A DNA stretch of 63,273 nucleotides, counting the filler, from Octopus bimaculoides (taxonomy: Eukaryota), in assembly GCF_001194135.2 (NCBI RefSeq). It is 5 parts of 5 records of this genome, joined end to end, with 100 filler letters (N's around TTAATTAATTAA, not from the genome) between each part and the next. Parts side by side here need not be neighbours in the genome. Positions count along the whole stretch, not along the records: positions 9,905 to 38,924 come from NC_068985.1; positions 39,025 to 45,220 come from NC_069001.1; positions 45,321 to 51,824 come from NC_068997.1; positions 51,925 to 63,273 come from NC_068991.1; 1 more part is not named here. The stretch is one strand, 5' to 3'. Below are positions 38,466-52,084 of this stretch, piece after piece. Both the position numbers and the translations under genes were made by a program. The stretch's first letter is position 1, and every line of letters starts with the position of its first letter. Under the pieces are notes generated by a model. It was not told where the DNA came from, ran no database searches, and was given only the letters and a program-made list of their open reading frames with translations.

Positions 38466-38893
38466 AATCCAAGGCTGTAAATAGTTTTCAGAACATTTAT
38501 AAAGAGATGGTCTTACAGCTGTTTCCGGGATATTTTATATATTCCTTCATCATAGACAGTGCGAGAAAATTTTCAAGTAATAGTTATTATAGAGAAGATA
38601 TGAAATACAGAGTGAAGTGGAGGAATGAAAACAGACGTGCAGTTTTATTATTTAAGCAGAATGCTGTAAATATAAGTTTCCTGTACCTTATATACACCAT
38701 TCTGCTTAAATAATGGAACTGCAAATACAATATCTTTACGTATCTCACATCTGTTTTCATTCCTCCACTTCACTCTGTATTTCATATCTTCTCTCTATAA
38801 TAACTTTTACTTAAACATTTTCTCGCACCGTCTCTGTAACAACTGTAAGACCTCTTTATAAATGTTCTGAAAACTATTCATAGCCTTGGATCT
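38466..38893. mobile_element. Large foldback MITE, ~170-bp arms
   Basis: ATCCAAGGCTG..TAGTTTTCAGAACATTTATAAAGAG...GAAATACAGAGTGAAGTGGAGGAATGAAAACAGA is mirrored at 38745-38892. Confidence 0.85.
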
Positions 38894-39024
38894 TTTATCT
38901 CATTCTGTTTATATATATATATATNNNNNNNNNNNNNNNNNNNNNNNNNNNNNNNNNNNNNNNNNNNNTTAATTAATTAANNNNNNNNNNNNNNNNNNNN
39001 NNNNNNNNNNNNNNNNNNNNNNNN

Positions 39025-39310
39025 TACTTATTCTATCGGTCTCTTTTGCCGAACCGCTAAGTTACGGGGACGTAAACACACCAGAATCGGTTGTCAAGCG
39101 ATGTTGGGGGGACAAACACAGACACACACATATATATATACATATATATACGACGGGCTTCTTTCAGTTTCCGTCTACCAAATCCACTCACAAGGCTTTG
39201 GTTGGCCCGAGGCTATAGTAGAAGACACTTGCCCAAGGTGCCACGCAGTGGGAATGAACCCGGAACCATGGGGTTGGTAAGCAAGCTACTTACTACACAG
39301 CCACTCCTGC
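39025..39310 (-). mobile_element. SINE family A copy
   Basis: High identity to 2030-2420. Confidence 0.85.
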
Positions 39311-39313
39311 ACC

Positions 39314-39345
<32 letters not shown>

Positions 39346-39581
39346 GTCAGTAAATCATAAATCCAAAGGAGAAGTTCACTAAGTTATAGAACAATAGAGT
39401 ATATAGACAAAGATAGATATGGCTGGTCCCTGGGTTTCCCATTCACAAAGTGCTTAGCTTTATAGTATTTCTTCAGACCGTAGCAAGGCCAACAAGTTTT
39501 GGGCCTCAAGAAGCACTATAAAGCTAAGTGCTTTATGGATGTGAAACCCAGTTTAACCCCACAGACCAGCAATATCTATTT

Positions 39582-39628
<47 letters not shown>

Positions 39629-39750
39629 CCTGTCTGTCTGTTTATCTATCTGTCTGTCTATTTGCTTGTCTTTCTATCTATTTATCTGTCTAACCATCTG
39701 TTTGACTATCTGTTTGTCTAACTATCTGTCTGACTCTCTCTCTCTCTCTC

Positions 39751-39816
<66 letters not shown>

Positions 39817-40495
39817 AACACCTTTATTTATATGTATGTTCTCTTCTATTATCAATAATTTGAAGTCTTCCTGTAAGGGAAGGAGCTGGTTTTTAATAAA
39901 TATATAAAACTCCAATATTGGAAAAATAGATAACAAAAACAAGTTTACATTAGGAACTTGAGAAAAGTCTCGCACATTTTTACTGTTCTGCTTACAGATT
40001 GTATTTCTAATGCATGTTTACGCGATAGAGTATGTATGTATACACATCTCAAATAGAAACCCACATGTGTAGACATATGACAAGCAGTGTAGTGACAAAC
40101 AAGCATGTATAATATATATACACAAAAACATACACACATAGGTGTTGTGATGCAAACAAGAAAAATAGAAATCAAAATATGAGTATGTGTATATTTTATT
40201 AATATCTAGCAGAAACGGAGTGACTCAAGGGCTGAGAGTCTCGTGCATTAGCACTTATCAGTGATAAGGGCCTATTCTTGGCCCCTGAGTCACACAGACA
40301 CACACACATTGATAGATATATGTCTTGGTGATTTCCCCATATATATGATAAATAGATGGCCATAGAGAAAAATATACATAGACACACACACACACACACG
40401 CATATATATATAGATATACAAACACACACACATTGATGGATGTATGTTTTGATTTCTCCAATATATATGATAAAGAGATAGTCATAGAGAAAAAT

Positions 40496-40534
<39 letters not shown>

Positions 40535-41117
40535 CATACATGCATACATACATACATGTGTGTGAATGTGTGTATACCTGTATAAGTTATAAAGAGATGG
40601 AGGGATGAAATTATGTACGGATCTTTGATAATATTTCGCCACATTCTCCACGAAAAGAGAGACATCATTAAATTAAAGACAAGACGAATAAGAAAAGAAA
40701 TCAAATGTTATAAAACTTTTATATAAACTTACCTTACAAACGATGTCTACCCAGGCCGAACGGCCGAACTCGTTGTGACGGACGACCGACTGATACACAA
40801 TTATCTTGTCAGCCTCTCTCTCCCCCTCTCCTCCCACTCCCTTCTATGCTGTCTGTATATCTTTCTTTCCCTCTTCGTCTTACGCTGTATCTCTCTCTCT
40901 TTTTGTTCCTCACACTGTCGCTTTGTCCTCTTTCTCTCTCTAATCTCTTTCTTTCTCGTAATTTTTTCCTGTTTTTAATATCTATTCTTTCCGATCTATT
41001 TATTCGTTCGTTTATTTATTTTATAAGAGGTAATAAACTCTCCCTGTGTTTTTTTTTATTAACTTTCTTTCGAAGTTATTGGCACATAGACAAGCTCGAT
41101 AGATAAATAAATAGAAA

Positions 41118-41148
<31 letters not shown>

Positions 41149-42309
41149 GCAAAAGAGGAGGTTGGTAAGAAAGACAAAGTTGGAATGAGAGGAAGAGACA
41201 GCAGAGGGGAGTAAGAAATAGAGAGGCAATGAATATAGGGATTAACAAAAAAATAAATAAATAAAAGATTAGAATATTTATGCAAAATTAAAGATAAACC
41301 CTAAAATGAAAGGGAACTGGAGAGGGTATTCCAAGGCTTAACCATGAAAGAGAGAGAGAGAGAGAGAAATAAAGGGAGTGTGAGTTAGAAGAGAAATGAA
41401 GGGAAGAGGAGAAAAGACAGAGAAAAGAGAAAAGAATAGTGGAGAGGAAAAAGTAAAGAGAAAAAGGAAAAGTAGAGAGGTATGTAAAAGAAATAAAAGT
41501 TTTTGAAAGGGAAACGATAAAATAAAGAAAAAGAAAGTAAAAGAGCGAATAAATTGGAAAGAAAGATGTAAGTTTGTAAAACGAGAAAAGAGAAATAAAG
41601 TCAAACAAAATCTTTTCAAAGTAAAACACGGAGAATGACGGAAAAAGACGGAAAAGAAAGAGAAAGCGAAGACTTAAGGGACATGAGGCAGAATACTGGA
41701 ATAAGGGAATAACTGGGAGAGAAATAGGAGAAACGAAGTAAAAGTTATTTTACACGAAAGTGACGGAACAGTAAGATAGTGAGGAGCTAACGAAAATGTC
41801 ATAAGGCGATACTTGGATCTACCTTCATTCATTACTCTCAGCTTAAAAGTGTATCTCATGATTTTTAATGGATTTACTCTCATAAAATGTTTAACGTCCG
41901 CTGGCGTTTGTTTAGCATCCGAGCGTTTGTTTCTATGGCAATAAGCAGACGCTAATTTGTCAAGGGAGGGAATTAAGGAAAATCTGAATTGTAAGTTATT
42001 TCCCTTGGAACTGAATTTTTGTCAACTCGACCTAATTATTTTAATTTAGTCAATATCATTTAGCATTTAAACCGGCCATATAAGGGCCGAATATTCCGGC
42101 ATACGTACATAAGAGTGCTACTCTCCGACTTTGTTTCCTCATAATTTTCAGAAAAAAGGTAGATGTTTTTTTTTTTACGTGAAACTTTGGCCGAAGTTGT
42201 GATATTTCCCCCGAAAGACCAGCGATCAACTATTACACACCGTGTTTTCTATTCTAAGCATAATGTACCTTGGGCTACATTATCCAATGTGTTCTTTCTT
42301 TCCACACGC

Positions 42310-42387
<78 letters not shown>

Positions 42388-42700
42388 AAAACGGTAAGAT
42401 GTGATTTGAAGGTGATTTGGCAGCTATTTCTAGTAAACGGGTCGACCACATTGGGGTTCCTTGGAGTTAGAAGAGAAAATGTCTAATTAATTTTGTGTCT
42501 AGGATTATTCTATTTTTCAGCTATGTAAATACTTGTAGTGTCGGTGGTGGTGGTGACCATGAGATTTGTGTTTTCCGTTCGAAAAATAGTTCATATGCCA
42601 TGTACTCGTATTTCGTATTTTTTGTTGTACACATTTCGTGACGTCCTGTGCCCAACATATCCATCCATCCATCCATCCATCCATCCATCCATCCATCCAT

Positions 42701-42744
<44 letters not shown>

Positions 42745-42794
42745 AGGTATAGATGTAAGTATGTACATATACGTATGTATAAATGCATATATTA

Positions 42795-42900
42795 CATTGG
42801 TAAGAAAGTTCTTGGACAAGTAATTGCTGCAAGTCATTGAAGCCGATCCAATGCAAATTGCATGTCAACTTGCGGTACAGTTTGGCGTCTCCCATGTCAT
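42795..42900 (+). mobile_element. Mariner HTH fragment
   Basis: LQVIEADPMQIACQLAVQFGVSHV resembles the second mariner HTH. Confidence 0.45.
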
Positions 42901-43200
42901 AAGAGGGGTGTGTGTGTGTGTGTGTAGGAGAGAGAATGGAAGGAAACGGAAAGAGAAAAACTGTGTAGAATTCAGCGATTCAACACACACACACATGTGC
43001 GCACGCGCGTCGAAACGTCTAGTTAGAATAGAGGCAGCTGACGAAGGATTAATTCCAAGTGGCTATCTGTTTTCCTATGTGTCCGTTCCGTGGTCTGTAG
43101 TTCATTGTTCTAACGTCCTGTACCCTGATATGCATCTATATACACATGTAGATGTAAGTATGTACATATATGTCTGTATACATGCATATATATTCTTTGC

Positions 43201-43235
<35 letters not shown>

Positions 43236-43339
43236 ACTAATATGGAAGTTCAACTGGTCGTGTTGCCTGATGATTGTGCGAACCTGAAAAGACGATTAGT
43301 CTTCCTCACCACTTGACTAAGAATAGCAGCTTAGCAGCT

Positions 43340-44190
43340 CCTACGAATACTCGAGCCGAAGAAATACATGCCTAAAGAACGGCAACCGTATCTGCTCACC
43401 ATCCAAAAGTCGCTGCAGCAGACTTAACGGATGTTTAAGCATCATCAAGTATGACATCCCGTGCTTACCACGCAGTGTCGACAGCAGATGGATTGCTTGA
43501 CCAGTGGAACGTGTTCTTCTCAAAGAAGCGAAGTTGCTCGTTTAGGTGCAAAATATAACCGGGATAAGATTGGGCGCTGCTGTTTGGATACTGACAATTT
43601 GGAGTAGTGGACTGGACATCGAATCAGTCCTGGCGACAGTAATTATTGGCTCTAGAAACACACACTAAGCAATATACACATATAGATAGAAAGGTGGGGG
43701 AGGATGCCAAATAGGCGGCGCCAAAACGGCGTTGCTAAAACACTTCTTACCCAACTGTAACGAAGCGCCAACCTCAACCGGTAACATACGACGGAGGTGA
43801 TACACGCATTCGCTTCCAGCGTCCGACCTTTTCATTGGTAGTTTCCTCTCAGCCCAGTTCTGACTGAGACTGGTCTCCCTCACCTTGCTAGCAGCCGCAT
43901 CCCTTCTCCCATCCACCTCGAGATCTTGACCAAAACCAGCAACTAAACCTGTCTGCCGGTGAAGTACCAACCCACGATGTTGGTCGGCGGCATTGAAACT
44001 GCATCTTCAAATGTTGGGCTTCCGACTTGTTCGGGTTAATTTTCGTTCTTGCCAACGCCTCTTATTCTTTGTGACCCGACCTCGTTTAATTGGTAAAACA
44101 ATAGGGTTTGGATCCAATTCCAGTTCCCAGTTGGGATAAAAGACATTCCATTTCCACATGAAACAAAAAAGGTTGAGTTACATTAAGAAT
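43340..44190 (-). mobile_element. Degenerate L1/Tx1-clade LINE RT fragment
   Basis: Pieced across frames: KINPNKSE, GFGQDLEV, LSQNWAERKL-MKGRTLEANACITSVVCYRL, GMSYLMM...LLDGEQI.LPFFRHVF. The order and spacing resemble the post-RT region of Tx1-type ORF2. Confidence 0.6.
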
Positions 44191-44934
44191 GCATTGTAGA
44201 CATTGGGTGAAGGGGAGAAAAATCAGTTATTGTTTATCTTCGAATGGGTTTTCCATATGATAATGTGCCTACGTGCGTTTTGTATGTGTGTGTATATCTG
44301 TGTGTGTGTGTACATGTATATGTGTGTATGCGTGCTTGTCTGTGTGTGTGTGTGCTAATCTGTGTATGTGCGTGTGTGTGTGTGTTAATCTGTGTATGTG
44401 TGTGTGTGTATGTATGTGTGTATGTGTGTGTTAGTATGTTTGTGTGTGTGTGCGTTCGCTCGCGCTTCTGGGAGTATCTGTATGTGTGTGCATGTGCATG
44501 TGTGTATGTGTATATGCGTGTGAGTGTGTGTGTGTGTGTGCGAGTGTATGTATGCGTGTGAGTGTATATGTGTGTGTGAGTGTTTGTGCAATCTCTACTG
44601 CTTACGATGTAGGATGTGTACAGGGAGAGGAAGAGAAAGAAAGAGATAAAGAGGGAGAGAGAGGGAGAGAGAAGGAGAGAGAGGGAGAGAGAGAGAGCGA
44701 TGCAGAAAGAGAGAAAGAGAGAGAGAGAAGTAGAGAGGCAGACGAAAGAGAGATTATTGGCTCTAGAAACAAACACACAAGAAATATACAACGTGTTCTT
44801 TATTTTTTACATAAGATATAACTTGAGCGAAATTTGGCTGCTATTTCTAGCAGATCGGGCGACCATTGAGAGGCTCCTTCATCGGCTCGTTTCCCATAGC
44901 GACGTTTCGTTGTTGGACACGTTCAGGCAAAGTG

Positions 44935-45220
44935 AAAGTGCGTGGCCTAGTGGTTAGGGTATTCGGCTCGCGATCGTAAGGTCGCGTGTTCGATTCTCCG
45001 CGGCGCGTTGTGTTCTTGAGCAAGACATTTTATTTCACGTTGTCCCGATCCACTCAGTTGGCAAAAATGAGTTGTACCTGTAATTCAAAAGGGTCAGCCT
45101 TGTCGCATTCTGCGTCACGCTGAATCTCCTTGAGAACTACATTAAGGGTATACATGTTTGTGGAGTACTCAGCCACTTGCATGTTAATATCACGAGCTGG
45201 CTGATTCGTTGATCGGATCA
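44935..45220 (+). mobile_element. tRNA-derived SINE: family D-type core with the family C 3' module
   Basis: TGGCCTAGTGG...GTGTTCGATTC head; GTTCTTGAGCAAGACA core; GTCACGCTGAAT..TGAGAACTAC..GTGGAGTACTCAGCCACTTGCA tail. Confidence 0.85.
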
Positions 45221-45834
45221 NNNNNNNNNNNNNNNNNNNNNNNNNNNNNNNNNNNNNNNNNNNNTTAATTAATTAANNNNNNNNNNNNNNNNNNNNNNNN
45301 NNNNNNNNNNNNNNNNNNNNCATCATCATCATCATCATCATCATGATCATCATCATGATCATCATCATCATTGTTATCTTCCCCCCACCCCTCATCATCA
45401 TCATTATTATCATCAGTGTATTCCTCGTGGTCGTCGCGGTCGTCGTCGTCCACCGCGTCGTCTTCGCCACAGTCGACGAAACATCAACAGAGAAAACTGT
45501 AACAGCAACAACAACAACAACAACAACGATAGTACGTACGCAATTGAAAAAACAAAAAAAAACAAAAATGAAAAGAAAAAAACAAACAAACAAATAAAGA
45601 AAACCCAGAAGACAAGATATAAAACGAAACCAAAGAAAAAAAAAAAGAACAAAAGCCGAGAGAATGCAAATGAAGAAACATGTACGACGGCAGTAACAGC
45701 AGCTGCAATGAATGATGGGATGTTTCGCTTGAGTGAATCATCTCTCAGTGAATAAGTAGAATAATATCAGGTAGCTTGATTTAGAAGAGCTCAGTCCAAT
45801 AACCCCTTCCTGACGTACGTAAAGACATACATAC

Positions 45835-45902
<68 letters not shown>

Positions 45903-47177
45903 ATATATATGTATATATATGTATATATATATATATATATATATAAGGAAAAGAATCTGACAATGCAGGAGTCTTTTAAAAGTATATATATATACTTATA
46001 TATATATGTGTGTGTATGTGTGTATATATACATATATATATGTATATAGAGATATGTATATGTATTTCTTTTTTATAAGTATGTGTTTATATATGCATAA
46101 GTACGTATATACGTATATATAATATATATTTATCTATCTTTAACTACTTACACACACACACACATATATATGAAAATACTTGTATACATATATATGTATA
46201 CATATACATATGTGTGTGTGTGTATACATATATACATATATATATATATATACACACACACACATATACGTATATATACAAAGACCAGCATGAGAATCAT
46301 TTGTCCGTTGTTGTTACTGTTCTTAATATATTTGCAATTGTCCTTGTTATTGTTGTTGTTGTTATTGTTGTTAATGATATTGGAGATATTGCGGACTTGC
46401 TGTCAACATTAGGGACATCGGTCAACACAGAACCCCTTCCACAAAAAAAAACAGAGCAAAACAAAAAACAAAACAAAAACAAAATGCATCCACCCCCCAA
46501 GAACTTTCCTCATATATTCCTTCATAATTTTTCTTCTTTTTTCTTTGTTTTTTATATTTTTTTCTTGATCTGCATCTTCGTTTATTTTACTTTCCTTTTT
46601 TTGCATTCTGTTATTCTGTTATTCCGAGAAGAAAACGAAAGAGATAGATTGGACTTACATCTGAATAGCTTCTCCAATCTTTTGTATTTGCTTGCTTCTC
46701 GCTGTCACATTTGTTATCTGTGTTTTTGATGTATTTCTCTCTCTCTCTCACACACTCTCTCTCTCTCACACACTCTCTCTCTCTCACACACTCTCTCTCT
46801 CTCTCACACTCTCTCTCTCACACACTCTCTCTCTCTCACACTCTCTCTCTCTCTCACACACACACTCTCTCTCTCTCTCTCACACACTCTCTCTCTCGGT
46901 GTATCATTGAAATATCATTGGAATATCATTACAATATCATTGTAATATAATTGGAATATCATTGAATATCGTGTTACTTTCATTGAAGTTAAAATAGCTT
47001 TTCCTATCTCAATTTTAGACTCGACTGAGATGTCATTGTTATAAGTTAGATTAGATTTACTTCCGATATTAAAATCTTATAGAAAATATTCATCTGTCTA
47101 ACATGACTTCATATTTTCAACATACACATTCGTAGCCATAACATGTTCTGCTGGTGCCACCGACAAGTCTTATAAGC

Positions 47178-47208
<31 letters not shown>

Positions 47209-47220
47209 TGTATGTATGTA

Positions 47221-47485
47221 TTCTGATTATATGTCTGTGCACACGTTTGAATGTGGTGCGTGCCAGAGGGCTTGCAAATCCAATGGGGGGTCTTAAAAGA
47301 CATGTTAGGATCCACAATGAGCAGAACTTACCTGCAGGTATTGGTAGTGCAAATCAGAGGTGCAATCTGTGTGGGTGTTTTTTCAAAACATTGTCTGGTT
47401 TAAAAAGTCACATCAGACGCCATGAAAGGGCTAAGGTGTAGGTGCAGGAGGTGGTAAAACTCTGTGTAAGGAGTAGACAACCACC
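47221..47485 (+). mobile_element. 5'-truncated LINE tail encoding two C2H2-like zinc fingers (RTE-like)
   Basis: F-E-C-G-A-C..(frameshift)..GGLKRHVRIH and RCNLCGCFFKTLSGLKSHIRRH, stop at 47441, short 3' UTR, (TATG)n on both sides. Confidence 0.7.
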
Positions 47486-47534
47486 ATGTATGTATGTATG
47501 TATGTATGTATGTATGTATGTATGTATGTATGTT

Positions 47535-47577
<43 letters not shown>

Positions 47578-47959
47578 ATCTATAAAATTGGAATTTATGG
47601 TATTACTTTAATTCCGTAGCTACACATGTTTCTTTACAACGCGGGAAATATATTTTATGAATTATTAATATTAATAATTAATAATGATATAATATTAATA
47701 TTATTAATTATCAATTATTAATATTAATATTAATAATGATATAAATATAATGAATTCATAGTATATATATGTATATGTATGTATGTGTGTGCGCGCGCGC
47801 GTGTATATATAATCAAATGAATAATAACATACGATGGGTAATTGTCAGCTCATTACAGCTGTTTCTTACGTAATATTTAATATAAGAATGAAGACATTAC
47901 ATCATTATAAAAGACCGTAACCATCAAATGAGAAACTTCCTAGATAATTTGATGATGGA

Positions 47960-48950
47960 ATGTAAAGATCCGGAAGAAATGTCGCTAATCATTTTGTTCG
48001 ACGTGTTAACGATCCTGCTGGCTCACCACCATTAGAATGTTTAATAATCGTTTCTACTATAGGCACAAGGCCTGGAATTTGTGGGGATGGGGGGATAAGT
48101 CAACTACATCGACCCCAGTGTTTCACTGGTACTTAATTCACCCCGAAAGGACGAAAGGTAAAATCGACCTCGGCGGAATTTGAACTCAGAACGTCGCGAC
48201 GGACGAAATGCTGCTAAGCATTTTGCCCGGCGTGCTAACGATTCTGCCAGCTCACCGCATCACGTTTTTGCCAGCTGGGTGGACTTGAGCAACGTGAAAG
48301 GAAGCGTTTTGCTCAAGAACACAACGCATCGCCCGGTCCAGGAATCAAAACCACAATCCTACAATCATGAGTCCAACACCGTAACCACTAAGCCACGTAC
48401 CACCATAGCATGTTTAATAATAAAGATATTTATCTTGGTTGTTAAAACCTCACCTGAGTGCAGACCATAGAAGCATAAATAACTAAGACTGAGGATCGTA
48501 CGATTCGTTTCGCCTGCCTTAAGGATCGTCAGTGAACTTACATCGTCTCTGAACTGCTGACTGGAATTTTTGGGGAGCGTCCCAGTCGATTAGATCGACC
48601 CCAGTACGCACCTGGTACTTAATTTATCGACTCCAAAAGGATGAAAGGCAAAGTCGACTTCGGTGGAATTTGATCACACAACGTAAAGCATTTCGTCCGG
48701 CGTGTTAACATTTCTTATTTCTTTATTGCCCACAAGGGGCTAAACATAGAGGGGACGAACAAGGACAGACAAAGGGATTAAGTCTATTACATCGACCCCA
48801 GTGCATAACTGGTACTTAATTTATCGATCCCGAAATGATGAAAGGCAAAGTCGACCTCGGCGGAATTTGTACTCAGAACGTAACGGCAGACGAAATACCG
48901 CTAAGCATTTCGCCCGGCGTGCTAACGTTTCTGCCAGCTCACCGCTTTCT
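47960..48950 (-). mobile_element. Cluster of about four SINE family B copies or fragments
   Basis: The core repeats at ~48130, 48630 and 48830, plus a head fragment at 47960-48030. Confidence 0.85.
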
Positions 48951-49039
48951 GCTAACTAAATATGTGTATTAAATATATTGTATATGATTTCCATGGGACG
49001 TAGCATAATCGAATGATTGAGATGCTTGTTTGTTATTTG

Positions 49040-49310
49040 GCGAAATACCCTTGCATTGAGTAATCCCATACCTTGTGTGTGAAATTTCGTAGACGGAAAC
49101 TGAGCGGAATCTCATCACATCTATTTGTATCTGTAATCCAAATGAACAACCTTGTCACACGCTGTGTTACGGTGATTCTGCTTGAGAATTACGCTAAGGG
49201 TACACGCATGGCTGTGGAGTGTTCTGCAATTTACACGTTAATTCATTGAACAGCGTAATTCAGTTGATGAAATAACCAAATTCCCTCATCGTCGAAAGCC
49301 ACGGAAGACC
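49040..49310 (+). mobile_element. Old SINE with family A-type core and family C-type 3' module
   Basis: GTAGACGGAAACTGA block as in family A, followed by CCTTGTCACAC...TGAGAATTACG.TAAGGGTACACG...GTGGAGTG. Confidence 0.55.
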
Positions 49311-49339
49311 ATATATTCACCTGGTTTACGAGCAAAAAT

Positions 49340-49930
49340 ATATTCAAAGTCACACAGTCTTAACTCTGACTCGCTCCCATCTCATCTCCACGTGTACATA
49401 ATTCGCCATGAGTAGAAATGTCTTTAAGCACACCATTCCTAAAAGTCAACTGATTCCGAGAGAGTCTCTACTGCGCATCATTAACAGTATGTACCCGAAT
49501 CGCCAGGATTCTTCTCTATGAGTATTCTTCTCGTCTGTATCTGATGAAAACACTTTACAAAAGTTTTATTCCTCCAGAGAGGAATATCTCTGACTCTCAA
49601 AACTATCAACTTACCATCATTCATTTTCCTACCATTTCAAAAGTGATTGATGGAAAAAAGAAAAGAAAAGACACCTGTCGTCTTTATCACCTGAATTTCT
49701 TTCTCTCCCCATCTGATCAGCAGGACGACTTCCGGCATAACCATATTTGAGAGAGAAATTCTTTCCTTCATCATGAACAATATTAGTTTCCCCACCGTTT
49801 AGAGCTTCAGCAAAATCAATGTTCTGCCATTGACACCCACAAAGCCTATGACTGTATCTAAAGAACGAAAACCTTCTGGCGAAGTTGTCTATCTTCAGGT
49901 TTAACAATCTTTCATTGCTTTCATCATTAG
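49340..49930 (-). mobile_element. Possible L1/Tx1 endonuclease-domain relic
   Basis: Fragments such as VIGFVGVNGRTLIL; heavily decayed. Confidence 0.3.
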
Positions 49931-49990
49931 TTTCTCATTCGATTACTCAATCACAGTATTTGTCAGTGTGAATCCCAGACTCATCTTGTG

Positions 49991-50236
49991 TTGGGTTGTC
50001 AGATAAATTCGTTCGTTTTTTTTTCCTTTCTATTCTATTGTAATCTTCCCTGTTACTTGAATTAATACACATACACACAAAAAAGGTGTTTTCTCGTAGT
50101 GTTTATGGTATTCTGTTGCCCTGTTATTACTTTCGTTTACCATTTTCGAAATTTGAAAAATTTTACTTTTTTGTTTTAGACAAGACGATGGATTGACAAG
50201 TTAAAGAAAACGAACGAATTCGTCTGACAACCTAAA
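49991..50236. mobile_element. Mariner-like MITE
   Basis: TTGGGTTGTCAGATAAATTCGTTCGTTTT / AAAACGAACGAATTCGTCTGACAACCTAA. Confidence 0.7.
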
Positions 50237-51296
50237 ATAATATATTTTATGCATACTCCTATTCATTTATGTTCTAACAAATTCTGTCGACCAGGTGTGT
50301 AATTCTATCACACCTTGATGTGATGTTTTTGGCGAGAATTAGCAACAAAAAATTATAAAAGTATAAAATTAGTTGCAACTAGTTATAAAGTAACAGCTAT
50401 ATAATACCTTCCACAATNNNNNNNNNNNNNNNNNNNNNNNNNNNNNNNNNNNNNNNNNNNNNNNNNNNNNNNNNNNNNNNNNNNNNNNNNNNNNNNNNNN
50501 NNNNNNNNNNNNNNNNNNNNNNNNNNNNNNNNNNNNNNNNNNNNNNNNNNNNNNNNNNNNNNNNNNNNNNNNNNNNNNNNNNNNNNNNNNNNNNNNNNNN
50601 NNNNNNNNNNNNNNNNNNNNNNNNNNNNNNNNNNNNNNNNNNNNNNNNNNNNNNNNNNNNNNNNNNNNNNNNNNNNNNNNNNNNNNNNNNNNNNNNNNNN
50701 NNNNNNNNNNNNNNNNNNNNNNNNNNNNNNNNNNNNNNNNNNNNNNNNNNNNNNNNNNNNNNNNNNNNNNNNNNNNNNNNNNNNNNNNNNNNNNNNNTAT
50801 ATATATATATATATATGTATGTATATATATTTTCACTCTGTCTCTGTTAATTTTCTCTTATTCCTTTCTGCTGAAGAGCGTAAGCTCGAAACGTAAAAGG
50901 CTTATTCATTTTTCCGAGTAATATATGACTCTACTGAGCTTTAGTAGAATAACCTAGGCAGATGTTGTTAAATGACCGACGAATTATCTGTGAAATGAGT
51001 TACGAGATGCCTGTGGAGAATTTTTCTTCTCTTCTTTTAATCCCAATCAAGGCTTGAGGCCACTATAGCGTAATGAACTACAAAGCAGAAGAACAGACCT
51101 AGAAAAATTAAAAAGATGCTGATTGACAGAAAACTTTAGGGACTGAATATAAGAGACCCTATGAAAACAAAGCGATGGCTATGAGTCCCAGAGAGTCGCA
51201 GTTCGAAGAGAGAAGCTATTAGAATAAAAACACAAACGACTAACAAGAAAGTCAACAGTGAAACGATGTACCTGGGAAGAGAAGCGGGTGACGCGT

Positions 51297-51521
51297 TTAA
51301 ACCTTTAGCAATCAAATTTTTTGTCAAATGTATTACTTATTTATTTAGATTGCTTTGAGTCAATCGTGCATTATCTTGTAGCTTCAAGATTTCGATGTTG
51401 TGATTGAATATTTTTAGAACGACATTGTAGGATAGGTGTGAGAGGTTGGATCGGGTCAGTTTTACCATAAAACACAGACTATTTGGGCCAATTATGGCCG
51501 GTTTAAATGATAAAAAGTTAA
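51297..51521. mobile_element. piggyBac-like MITE
   Basis: TTAA at both ends; TTAAACCTTTAGCA / TGATAAAAAGTTAA degenerate TIR; related fragment at ~42060-42100. Confidence 0.5.
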
Positions 51522-51554
51522 AGGACTTGACTGCACGGTCACTCAGTATACAAG

Positions 51555-51770
51555 GCGAAGAGCTGGCAGAATCGTTAGCGCGTCGGACAAAGTGTTAAGC
51601 GGCATTTCTTCTAACTCTTTACGTTCTGAGTTCAAATTCCGTCGAGGTTGACTTTGCCTTTCATCCCTTCGGGGGTCGATAAAGTTAGTATGAATCGGGT
51701 ATTGGGGTCGATTGATAGACGAGACTCCTTCCCTCAAATTTCAGGCCTTGGGTATATAGTAGAAAAGATT
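51555..51770 (+). mobile_element. SINE family B copy
   Basis: Head, core and tail all present. Confidence 0.85.
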
Positions 51771-52084
51771 CTGTCTATCTGTCTTTATTTTTTGTATGTG
51801 TATGAAAGAAAATGTACGCATATANNNNNNNNNNNNNNNNNNNNNNNNNNNNNNNNNNNNNNNNNNNNTTAATTAATTAANNNNNNNNNNNNNNNNNNNN
51901 NNNNNNNNNNNNNNNNNNNNNNNNATCCTGACGTTGTTGATAAAGATGATGATGATGATGATGATGATGATGATAACGAAGAGAAGGAGGAGGAGGAGGA
52001 GGAGTTGAAAGGGAAAGTACAATAGCTACAATAATAACAATAATAATGACAACAATTATGATAATAATAATAATTATTATTATT

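Noticed and set aside
40733-40812. Minus-strand segment ADKIIVYQSVVRHNEFGRSAWVDIVCK ending at AAG|GTAAGT
   Set aside because: No pyrimidine-rich acceptor or ATG, and an in-frame stop lies just upstream. It could be a non-coding exon or LINE relic, but it is not supportable as CDS.
43340-44190. CpG-richer island with E2F-like TTTTGGCGCC, CCAAT boxes, splice donors and an intermediate-filament-like RLLDGEQIRL
   Set aside because: Better explained as a frameshifted L1/Tx1 ORF2 relic with several motifs in the correct order.
48485-48545. Minus-strand CTGACGA...GAAAC hammerhead candidate
   Set aside because: Helix II closing pair and helix I cannot be formed.
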